Part shown: positions 32,368-40,654 of the stretch, one piece after another
How positions within the stretch are numbered: the first letter of the stretch is position 1
Layout of the letters: the number at the start of each line of letters is the position of its first letter
Assembly (NCBI GenBank): GCA_024275135.1
Contig: JAJRZS010000022.1
Coordinates: forward strand, 12,516-76,515
DNA: 64,000 nt
Direction of reading: 5' to 3'
Origin: Planctomycetota bacterium
GTDB lineage: Bacteria; Planctomycetota; UBA1135
The notes under the pieces: generated by a model
Told to the model about the DNA's origin: nothing
What the model saw: the letters and a program-made list of their open reading frames with translations, nothing else
The model's database searches: none
Translations under genes and position numbers: made by a program

Positions 32368-35300
32368 GCGCCAATTCGATTCGTTTGCGCGGCTTACGTG
32401 CTGGCAACTTGAAAAATTGGAATTGCGAGCTTGCACGAGGTGCGTGGACGGCAATTTATGGTGCCAGTGGGGCTGGCAAAAGTGCTTTGCTGTTTGGCAT
32501 CCTGGAGCCGACTTCGCGCCGCCGCTTCCAAATTTTACAAGACCCGCAATCGCTGCCTGGAAAAGAGGAAGATTGGCTGCAACCCCTGGCTGATGCGGTG
32601 GAGGGCTTGGATCCAGTCATTGCTTCTGCCGGAGAAATACCACGCCGGCGAAAAAAGCAAACCTTGGCTACTGTTCTCGATTTGTTGCCCTGGTTGGAGG
32701 CTGCGTGGAAACTTGGTGGACAATATCGTTGCCTGGGCTGTCAGCATGTTTGGCGCCCGTTGCAGGTGGAAGACCTTTTGCAGCAAAGCCAAGCTTGGCT
32801 GCGCCGGGAAGTGGTGTTGGTGCTGGGTGCTGTTGAGGGAGAAACTCAAGCCATGGTGGAGGCGGGGTGGACTCGCTATTTGGTGGACGGACAGCTGTTG
32901 CGCTTGGAGGAGGCTCCAGCGCGATTTCCAGAAAACAGTTGGCTGTTACTCGATCGGTTTCGTTGGCAACCGGAGCAAGAATCTAGGCTTGCGGATGCCC
33001 TTGCCCTCGCTTTGGGGCGGGAGCAAAGTTTGCGCCTCATGGTGGGCCAACGCGATCAGGAATTTTCTGCAGCAGGTTGTTGTCCTCAATGTGGGCAGTT
33101 GCACCAAAGTCATTGGCAGCAGGATTGGCATCGACAATTGGATTGGCAGGACCGGGTGCTGGCTGGAAAAAGTTGGCGTACTTGGTTGCATTCTCCATTG
33201 GAAACTTGGCTACAACTGGACGCTGGCGGGCGACATCCGCGAGCGCGCAAGCGTTTGCAGTTGTTGCAGGAAACTGGGCTTGGCCATTTGGCGGCGGCGC
33301 GCTCCCTTGGCACCTTATCTTTGGGTGAGGCGCGTCGCTTGGAATTGGTTTCCTGGATGGCGCAGGTGCGGCGGGGGCAAACAGTGATCCTCGATGAGCC
33401 GGGCATGGGCTTGCACGGGAAGGAACGCAGCCACATCGCCGAGTTGTTGCACCAATTGGTCGACCAAGGAAATACCGTGTTGACGGCGGACCCGGCGCGC
33501 GAGTTTCTAGAGTCGGCTCACCATTGGTTGAAGTTGGGGCCAGGTGGAGGAGCTGAGGGTGGACGGCTGGTAGGGCAAGGCACCCGCGCTGATTTGGAGG
33601 AGGAATCTTGGCAAGCGGATGCGGTGTCCGCCCATGGAGAAACGCCAACTTTGGAATTTCAGAACTTGCGAGAGCGGTTTTTGGACATTTCCCACTGCAC
33701 GGTACCCTTGCAGCAAGTCGTTGTTTTTTGTGGGGTTTCTGGAAGTGGCAAAACCACCTTACTTGAGCAGGAATTGCTGCCAAGGTTACGCCGCGAGGAA
33801 GGTGTTCAAGGTCCCATTCCTTCTGGCGGAGTGCATTCTTTGTTGCAGCGTTCCCTGCGCTGGTCTGCGATGAGTACGGTGGCAACTTTAGCCGGCGTTT
33901 GGCAAGAAATTCGGGCTGCCTTTGCTGCAAGCGAAGAGGCAAGGATGCGTGGCTTGGGAGCTGGCGACTTGGTTGCGCAAAAGGGACGTGGTGCTTGCCT
34001 TCCTTGTGGTGGCCGTGGGCAGGATGAGCATCATCTTCCCTGTGCAGAATGCTCTGGTCTTGGGCTGCGACCAGACTTGTTGGATTTGCGGTTGCGCAGT
34101 CGATCTTTGGCTTCTTGGTTGAGCACTCCGCTGAAGCAATTGGAAAAACGTCTACCCGCGCGCGGACGCCTTGCCAAAACTGTGAAGCACTTAATCGCCT
34201 TGGGCTTGGGCAATCGCTGCTTGGGGGAACGTGGACGCATTTTGTCTTTGGGTGAGCGCGGACGCATCGCCTTGGCGCGGGTGCTGTCGATGGCCAACCC
34301 CGCTTCTCCGAAGTTGTTTTTGCTTGACGAGCCATGTTTGGGGTTGCCGGTGCAAGAAGCGCGAAAGGTGATGCAGTTGCTGCGTAACCTTTGCGCCGAG
34401 GGGCATAGCTTTTGGGTAGTGGAACACCACGAATATTTTTTGCGTTCAGCAGATTGGATGTTGGAGTTAGGTCCTGGCGCCGGCCGGCTTGGTGGCCAAT
34501 TGGTGTTTGCTGGCACACCCCATGCGGTCGAGGAGGGCTCTACAGCAACCGGCATTTGGTTACGACAAAGGCGGCAAAAAACCAAGTTGCCCCCGCCGCC
34601 ACCGAAGCCCGCAGTCGCTTCCAGTCGCTGTGTGGATGCGGACAACCCTGGCCGTGGTCGCGCCTTGCTTCAGGCAGCTTTAGGGCGGGAGTTGGCCATG
34701 CGCAGCCCCTTGCTGAATGATCTTCTGGGAGCTGAAGAAGACATCGAGAGCAAAGAGGAGGAAGCTTGGATGCCATCGGCATGGCCGACTTTGCCCAAGC
34801 GGGGCGTGAGCTTGAGCCAAGTTTTGGGCTTGGAGCCCATTTTTCGCAACTATTGGCAAAGGTATGGCAAGCAAGTGTGCCCGTCCTGCGGAGGCGAAGG
34901 CCCTTGGTCGAGTTTTGAACAAGCAGCGGCGGCTTGTGGCGGGGAAGAAGTGGTCTTGACCACCCCACTGGCGGCGCAAATCTTGCAGAAAACGGAACAT
35001 CCGGCCTGGTTGTTGGCTGCTGGTTTTCGCCGCTTTGTGCGTGCAGGCCAATTGATTCGCTGGGGTGCCGAAGGTCCTACTCGATTGAGGGAGGGGGATT
35101 TGGTGTGGTTAGATCGTTGGAGTCCGGAAGACCCGGTTGGAGTGGGGGCTTGGCGCGACGTCGCCCATCATGCGCAGTTGTTGGGCCAAGGCGTGGTTCA
35201 AGCTTGGGATGTTTCTTTGCAAAACTTGTTATGGCAGTACCAACCGGATACTTGTCGTCAATGTGGCAAAAAAAGTTTGGGCTACGAACAGAGGTTGGGC

Positions 35301-36338
35301 CCCATGTCGACCATTATGCGCGAGCAAGCTAGCTTGGAAGAGGTTTGCCAGCTTTGCCTGCAACATCAACCGCAAAAGCAACTGCAGAATGCTTGCGCCT
35401 TGCTTGCTGGGAGTGGTTTGTTAGCCAAACCGACGGGCCATCGTTTTGCCGCCCTAACCGAATTGGAGCAGCGCTACGCACGCTGGGTGGGCTGGGTATT
35501 GCATCCCCTTCCCGAGGTGGTTTTGCTGGCGGATCAACCCCTGGCGGGTTTGCCCCAGGCCTTGGCCCTACGCTTGGGGAAGGCCATGTTGGATGGGCCT
35601 GGGGTGTTCCATTTCACCGATGCAGAAGCTTGGCTGGAGGAAAAACCCAATGCCATCGAATCGTTCCCGGTTCAACCAAAGGAGGCGAGCTTGGCTTTGG
35701 CTTTGGATTCCTGGTGCGTGCCCCAACGAGCGGCCATGGAGGCCAATTTGCGTGAAGCCTTGGGCTTAAAAGAGGGTTTGGCCTCCTACTACCAGCGCAG
35801 CGAACAAGCCAGGCTCCGCGGCTGGAAGATAGAAGAATTCTTCCCAGAAAAATCGAGCTTTGCCTGCCCTCATTGTCGTGGCAGAGGACGTCATTGGCCC
35901 CATCCAGAGCTAGCTTTGGACTGCCAATTCTGTCATGGCTCTGGCTGGACTGGCGCCTTAAGTCTTTTGGAGGAAGAGGGGTTACGGTGGATGGATTTGG
36001 GCCAGCAACGGCTTGGCCAGCTGCGTCAAGCCTTTGCCGAATACCCGCCTTTGGGAACGGTCTTTGCCTGGGCGGAAAAGCTGGGCTTGGGTGAATTCCT
36101 GCTTGACGCACCTTTGACTCAATTGCCCTTTGGAGTGCGAATGTTGGCACCCCTTGCTCAGGAGCTGGCCCTACACGAACGCGGAGAAGGGCGTCGTGTG
36201 GAGTTTCGGCTGGCTTTTGCCCTTGCTGGCTGGAATCGCTTGGAGGCTGCGCCTATTTCGTCTAGAATTGCAGGCTTCCCCTCTGCCCATTTGGGCCTTG
36301 AATGGAGGGAACATCATCCCCTGTTTGCTTCTCGGTGA
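32364..36338 (+). CDS. UvrA-like tandem ABC ATPase, 1324 aa, with a degenerate C-terminal UvrA-like extension
   Basis: N-terminus IRLRGLRAGNLKNWNCELARGAWTAIYGASGAGKSALLF parallels the UvrA start. Walker A at aa 33-40 and 457-464, signatures LSLGEARRL and LSLGERGRI, Walker B VILDEP and LFLLDEP. CxxC pairs at 123/126, 240/243, 545/548 and 560/563, with more in the tail. ATGA overlap with the suhB stop. Confidence 0.8.
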   Translation: MSANSIRLRGLRAGNLKNWNCELARGAWTAIYGASGAGKSALLFGILEPTSRRRFQILQDPQSLPGKEEDWLQPLADAVEGLDPVIASAGEIPRRRKKQTLATVLDLLPWLEAAWKLGGQYRCLGCQHVWRPLQVEDLLQQSQAWLRREVVLVLGAVEGETQAMVEAGWTRYLVDGQLLRLEEAPARFPENSWLLLDRFRWQPEQESRLADALALALGREQSLRLMVGQRDQEFSAAGCCPQCGQLHQSHWQQDWHRQLDWQDRVLAGKSWRTWLHSPLETWLQLDAGGRHPRARKRLQLLQETGLGHLAAARSLGTLSLGEARRLELVSWMAQVRRGQTVILDEPGMGLHGKERSHIAELLHQLVDQGNTVLTADPAREFLESAHHWLKLGPGGGAEGGRLVGQGTRADLEEESWQADAVSAHGETPTLEFQNLRERFLDISHCTVPLQQVVVFCGVSGSGKTTLLEQELLPRLRREEGVQGPIPSGGVHSLLQRSLRWSAMSTVATLAGVWQEIRAAFAASEEARMRGLGAGDLVAQKGRGACLPCGGRGQDEHHLPCAECSGLGLRPDLLDLRLRSRSLASWLSTPLKQLEKRLPARGRLAKTVKHLIALGLGNRCLGERGRILSLGERGRIALARVLSMANPASPKLFLLDEPCLGLPVQEARKVMQLLRNLCAEGHSFWVVEHHEYFLRSADWMLELGPGAGRLGGQLVFAGTPHAVEEGSTATGIWLRQRRQKTKLPPPPPKPAVASSRCVDADNPGRGRALLQAALGRELAMRSPLLNDLLGAEEDIESKEEEAWMPSAWPTLPKRGVSLSQVLGLEPIFRNYWQRYGKQVCPSCGGEGPWSSFEQAAAACGGEEVVLTTPLAAQILQKTEHPAWLLAAGFRRFVRAGQLIRWGAEGPTRLREGDLVWLDRWSPEDPVGVGAWRDVAHHAQLLGQGVVQAWDVSLQNLLWQYQPDTCRQCGKKSLGYEQRLGPMSTIMREQASLEEVCQLCLQHQPQKQLQNACALLAGSGLLAKPTGHRFAALTELEQRYARWVGWVLHPLPEVVLLADQPLAGLPQALALRLGKAMLDGPGVFHFTDAEAWLEEKPNAIESFPVQPKEASLALALDSWCVPQRAAMEANLREALGLKEGLASYYQRSEQARLRGWKIEEFFPEKSSFACPHCRGRGRHWPHPELALDCQFCHGSGWTGALSLLEEEGLRWMDLGQQRLGQLRQAFAEYPPLGTVFAWAEKLGLGEFLLDAPLTQLPFGVRMLAPLAQELALHERGEGRRVEFRLAFALAGWNRLEAAPISSRIAGFPSAHLGLEWREHHPLFASR

Positions 36339-38026
36339 CCATCGGCAACCAACCCTTAATCCTCCAAAGCGATATGACCATCGTGGTGGAGACGGCGCAT
36401 CCTGATTTCGTGGCCATGCGCAATGGCTTGTTGCCGTTCGCCGAATTGGTGAAATCCCCGGAATATTTGCATACCTACCGCATCACTCCGGTGTCGGTGT
36501 GGAACGCTGCTGCGATTGGCCTGGATGCCGAACAGGTGCTCAGCTTTTTGGCCGCCAATGCGCGCTATGGCGTGCCGAAGAATTTTGAGAGTGAAGTACG
36601 CACCTGGTTTCAGCGCTCAGAGGTTTTCCAGTTGCATGCGGAGGATGGAGACACGCTGCGCTTGGAAGCCAAGGAGCCGCAGGTTTTGCGAGATCTCTAC
36701 CATGATCCCGATTTGGCAAGTCTGTTATTTCAAATCGAAGAACAACAAGGCCGGGCTTGGTTGCGCAAAGCAAAGCGAGGCTTGGTTAAAGAGCGCTTGA
36801 TGAAGCTGGGGTATCCAGTTCAGGATTTGGCAGGCTATGTGGAAGGCTCAGCTTTAGCCATCCAATTGCGTTCGCAATTAGAAAGCGGACAAAGTTTCGG
36901 TTTACGGCCTTACCAGGAAGAAGCGGTGGAAAGTTTTCACCATCAGGGGCGTGCCGATGGTGGCAGTGGGGTTGTGGTGTTGCCTTGCGGTGCAGGCAAA
37001 ACCGTTGTCGGTTTGGCGGCCATGGCTGCGGTGGGGGCACACACCTTGATTCTCACCCCCAACACGGTGGCTTTAAGACAATGGCGTCGAGAGTTGTTGG
37101 AAAAAACCCATCTGCAACCGGAACAAATTGGCGAATACTCTGGGGAAGTCAAAGAGATACGGCCAGTTACGCTGACCACCTATCAAATCCTCACCTATCG
37201 TAAGGAAAAGGGCGGAGACTTCCTGCACTTTGATCTTTTCTCCAAGGGCGATTGGGGTCTTATCATCTATGACGAGGTGCATTTGTTGCCAGCACCGGTA
37301 TTTCGTGCTACCGCAGAGATTCAAGCGCGTCGCCGTCTTGGCCTGACCGCCACCTTGGTGCGGGAGGACGGCAAAGAAGACGAAGTCTTTTGCATGATTG
37401 GCCCCAAACGCTACGACGCACCGTGGAAAGATTTGGAGCGACGAGGGTTTATCGCCGCTGTTTCTTGCCTGGAAGTTCGTGTGCCAATGGAAGAAGATTT
37501 GCGATTGCAGTATTTGGCCGCGAAAAAACGGACTCAGTTCAGGCTGGCCAGTGAAAATCCCTCCAAAACTGATGCCTTGTTGGCCTTGTTGCAAAAGCAT
37601 GAAGGCGAGCGGATTTTAATCATTGGGCAATACCTGGACCAACTGCGTGCTTTGCAAACCGAACTCCAGGTGCCGTTAATCACCGGGCGCATGCCCAATC
37701 CGGATCGCGACCGCCTATACCAAGCCTTTCGCGATGGGGAAGAAACCGTCTTACTTGTCTCCAAAGTAGGCAACTTTGCCATCGATTTGCCGGACGCCAA
37801 CGTCGCCATCCAGATTTCTGGCACTTATGGCTCCCGCCAAGAAGAGGCACAAAGATTGGGGCGCATTCTGCGGCCAAAGTCGGATGGACGGGGCGCCACT
37901 TTTTACACCCTGGTCAGCGAAGGAACTGTCGACCAAGACTTCGCCGAGAAGAGGCAGCGTTTCTTGGCCGAACAGGGATATGCTTATCAGATTGTACCCG
38001 CCCATCAATTGATGCCTTCCAACTAA
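36335..38026 (+). CDS. xpb: XPB/Rad25 (ERCC3)-type SF2 DNA helicase
   Basis: XPB N-terminal domain (PLILQSDMTIVVE...HTYRITPVSVWNAAAIGLDAEQV). Motif I LPCGAGKT (36983-37003), motif II DEVH (37271-37282), XPB-specific RED motif in TLVREDGKEDE (37361-37369), and motif VI QEEAQRLGRILR. A GTG at 36335 overlaps the upstream TGA (GTGA). The track ATG is at 36302. An ATG at 36374 would truncate the conserved N-terminus. Confidence 0.85.
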   Translation: MTIGNQPLILQSDMTIVVETAHPDFVAMRNGLLPFAELVKSPEYLHTYRITPVSVWNAAAIGLDAEQVLSFLAANARYGVPKNFESEVRTWFQRSEVFQLHAEDGDTLRLEAKEPQVLRDLYHDPDLASLLFQIEEQQGRAWLRKAKRGLVKERLMKLGYPVQDLAGYVEGSALAIQLRSQLESGQSFGLRPYQEEAVESFHHQGRADGGSGVVVLPCGAGKTVVGLAAMAAVGAHTLILTPNTVALRQWRRELLEKTHLQPEQIGEYSGEVKEIRPVTLTTYQILTYRKEKGGDFLHFDLFSKGDWGLIIYDEVHLLPAPVFRATAEIQARRRLGLTATLVREDGKEDEVFCMIGPKRYDAPWKDLERRGFIAAVSCLEVRVPMEEDLRLQYLAAKKRTQFRLASENPSKTDALLALLQKHEGERILIIGQYLDQLRALQTELQVPLITGRMPNPDRDRLYQAFRDGEETVLLVSKVGNFAIDLPDANVAIQISGTYGSRQEEAQRLGRILRPKSDGRGATFYTLVSEGTVDQDFAEKRQRFLAEQGYAYQIVPAHQLMPSN

Positions 38027-38030
38027 AACG

Positions 38031-40025
38031 ATGACATCCATCAACCTTGCCCGCACTTTGGCGAAGCGTTCAGAAAGCGAACTTATCGATCTGCACGACC
38101 GCTGGGTCGGCGGCAATCCACCGGCGCGTCGGGCCGAATTGGTGCAAGCCCTGAAGGAGCGCATGACCGACCCCGTTGCTGTCGGCAATCTTTGTTTTGG
38201 CTTGTATGGCGCTTTGGCTCCGGTTTTCCGTATTTTGAGTCAGCAAACCGGGGTTGGCATGGGGCTCGAAGACTTGCGTCAGGCGGCCAGGAAAGAGGGG
38301 GTTGCACGCCGCAGTGTGCGTCCTGCCCTGGTGGAACTGGTGAGTACGGGCTTGGTGGCCCAAGTCACCCCACGACAGCCTCACCAAGAAGGTGTAGTTT
38401 GGGGCATTCCCAAAGAAATGGGAGATGTCTTGCCAACGGCAGGTGCACCCGAGTTGGTGCGCAGTAGCCCCTTATCTTTGCGCGGCTGGCTTACCAAGTA
38501 TTACCAACGCAAAATGCCGGCGGCCATGGGCGGCGAGGCAGTGCGGAAGATGTACAACCTGCTTGCTGGCGAACAAGCCATTTTGTCGCGTGTTGCCAGC
38601 TTGGAAGAAGACTTTTTGCAGTTAGTGGAAAGCTTGGCCATGCGCTGGGGAGGAATTTTGCCAGTTGGCGATTTCGACAAACTTGGAAGCCCCTTCAAGC
38701 TGGAAGAGGTCGTGGCCCTATTGGAGAAAAATTCCCTCGGCAGCATGTTGGAGCTGAATCTGGAGCATGCTGGTATCCGGCAAAACGGTCGGGTGCTATG
38801 CCTGTTTCAAGAAGTGGTCGTGGCCATCTTGAAAAATGGTTCTTTGCATGGCGATCCAGATGCCGAATCCATTGCTTCTATTGGCGTGGATTTCGTGTCC
38901 AACTTTTCGCGTTTTGCTTCTTTCGTCGAAGGGGATACTGTGCGCTTTACGGTGCGCGGAACCATTTATAAAAGCACTGGCAAGCGGATTGCCGAACAAT
39001 TATTGCCGAACCCTGGTCGAGAGTTTCGTCGTTTTGAAATTCTAGAACTGGAATACCGATTTTCTTTGGCTTGCGGCTTTATTGATCGTACCGGAGAACG
39101 CAGTTTTCGTCTCACCCCGGCGGGCCAGAAGTTTTTGGGCATGACCTTGTTGGAAAAGCAACGTCTGATGTTGGATTGGTTCGTCGAAGATCGAGAGCTG
39201 CCGGGTGATTTGCGACATCAATTGCGGTTGCGGCGCACCACCTTGCGCTACATCAAGCGTTTGCAGCCCGAAGTTTGGTACGACGCGATGTTCTTGCCTT
39301 TCGTTGCCCGCAATCACCACCTTGCCGATCTCACTTCTTCGGAGATTGCGCAAGAGCGCGCATCGTCTTTTCCTGTTCGCTCTTCTGCCGATTTGCAGAG
39401 CTTGGCTTGGAATCTATTTATCTGGGTACGCAAGTATTTGTACCTGCTCGGCATTATTGATATGGCCTATGACTCCGCTGGGCGCGCAGTGGCCATTCGC
39501 TTAACGCGGATGGGGGCGGAATTGCTGGACATGATTCCGGGTCGCGAAATTGAAGGCAGTGGTCACTTGGTGGTGAACCCGGATTTTGAAGTGGTTTTAT
39601 TCCCCGATCGTCGGTCCCATGATTTGGTGTATCGTTTGGACCGATTCTGCGACCGAGAATTTACCGACTCTCTCTACCATTACCGCATCACCCCATCTAG
39701 TTTGCATCGCGCCTTGGCCGAAGGCATGAGGTTGGATCAAATCTTCCAACTATTGCAAGACCGCAGCCGTACTCCGTTGCCCCAAAACGTGATGTATTCC
39801 TTGGAATCTTGGGCGCGCAAAGGTGGACTCATTACTTTCAGTGAAGATGGACGGTTGATATGCGAGCAAAAAGAAGTGTTGGATCGCATCACCCTGCACC
39901 CTGAATTGCGTCAAGTTGGGTTTGAACGGGTAGACGATGAAACGGTACAACTTCACGGACGCGTCAGTTCTCAAGATCTTGCCGGTTGGGTGCGCGATTA
40001 CGGCGCGAGTTTGCGCTCCGCCTAA
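38031..40025 (+). CDS. XPB-associated partner protein: winged-helix-like repeats plus a C-terminal XPB-NTD-like (Helicase_C_3-type) domain
   Basis: Starts 4 nt after the XPB stop. C-terminal aa 511-625 (HLVVNPDFEVVLFPD...LYHYRITPSSLHRALAEGMRLDQIFQLL...PLPQNVMYSLESW) parallels the XPB N-terminus. No nuclease or ATPase motif seen. Confidence 0.7.
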   Translation: MTSINLARTLAKRSESELIDLHDRWVGGNPPARRAELVQALKERMTDPVAVGNLCFGLYGALAPVFRILSQQTGVGMGLEDLRQAARKEGVARRSVRPALVELVSTGLVAQVTPRQPHQEGVVWGIPKEMGDVLPTAGAPELVRSSPLSLRGWLTKYYQRKMPAAMGGEAVRKMYNLLAGEQAILSRVASLEEDFLQLVESLAMRWGGILPVGDFDKLGSPFKLEEVVALLEKNSLGSMLELNLEHAGIRQNGRVLCLFQEVVVAILKNGSLHGDPDAESIASIGVDFVSNFSRFASFVEGDTVRFTVRGTIYKSTGKRIAEQLLPNPGREFRRFEILELEYRFSLACGFIDRTGERSFRLTPAGQKFLGMTLLEKQRLMLDWFVEDRELPGDLRHQLRLRRTTLRYIKRLQPEVWYDAMFLPFVARNHHLADLTSSEIAQERASSFPVRSSADLQSLAWNLFIWVRKYLYLLGIIDMAYDSAGRAVAIRLTRMGAELLDMIPGREIEGSGHLVVNPDFEVVLFPDRRSHDLVYRLDRFCDREFTDSLYHYRITPSSLHRALAEGMRLDQIFQLLQDRSRTPLPQNVMYSLESWARKGGLITFSEDGRLICEQKEVLDRITLHPELRQVGFERVDDETVQLHGRVSSQDLAGWVRDYGASLRSA

Positions 40026-40654
40026 TGAAAACCAAACTCCCACCCCGTGGCGTATGGGCTATTGGCTCGGATTTGGCAGGGGTGGCCGGGATGAAGTGGT
40101 GGGCGGAAACGGCCTCTCCCGCCCAAGCCATGAGTTTGCGTCGCCCCTGTGGCTCCATTCGTCGATGGATGCAGGGTTGTGAGCAGGTGCGCAAACAAAC
40201 ACCCTTTTTGGCGCTTCATGGGTATGCAGATTTTGCGCTTGCGGTAGGGGCAGACGCCATCATTGCTGGTGTGCGTACTTTGCCCTTGCCGATTTACCGC
40301 CGGGCCTTTCCCCAACTCATGCTGGGGGCCTCCACCCATAGCAGCGAAGAGTTGCAGCGAGCGAAGGCGGAGGGCGCCGACTTTGCTTTTTTTGGACCGG
40401 TTTGGAATACGCCAGAAAAGGAGGGGGTATTGACACCGCGCGGCTTGGACCAGCTTGCAGCTGCCTGTCGCCTGGGCCTTCCCATTTATGCATTGGGAGG
40501 AATCCAAACTGTGGAGCAAGCCCTCGCCTGCATCAAGGCTGGAGCTCATGGTGTGGCGGTCTTAAGGCTTGCGCAGCAGGCCAAGGCTTTGCAAGAGATG
40601 GTGTTGGCGCTCAGTGAGGTGGCCAATGCACCCGATGCGCCAGAGGGGTGTTGA
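40025..40654 (+). CDS. thiE: thiamine-phosphate synthase family protein (ThiE-like)
   Basis: C-terminal two thirds fit ThiE (GASTHSSEELQRAKAEGADFAFFGPVWNTPEK...LPIYALGGIQ...AGAHGVAVL). The N-terminal third is divergent. TAATG overlap with the upstream stop. Confidence 0.7.
   Translation: MKTKLPPRGVWAIGSDLAGVAGMKWWAETASPAQAMSLRRPCGSIRRWMQGCEQVRKQTPFLALHGYADFALAVGADAIIAGVRTLPLPIYRRAFPQLMLGASTHSSEELQRAKAEGADFAFFGPVWNTPEKEGVLTPRGLDQLAAACRLGLPIYALGGIQTVEQALACIKAGAHGVAVLRLAQQAKALQEMVLALSEVANAPDAPEGC

Noticed and set aside
32431-33387. 318-aa same-strand alternative-frame ORF within the UvrA-like gene
   Set aside because: Trp/Cys/Arg-rich with no motifs. The frame carrying Walker A, signature and Walker B motifs is clearly the real one.
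33037-34518. 493-aa ORF antisense to the UvrA-like gene
   Set aside because: Arg/Pro/Ala/Ser-rich low-complexity translation typical of the antisense frame of a GC-rich gene. The sense frame carries unmistakable ABC motifs.
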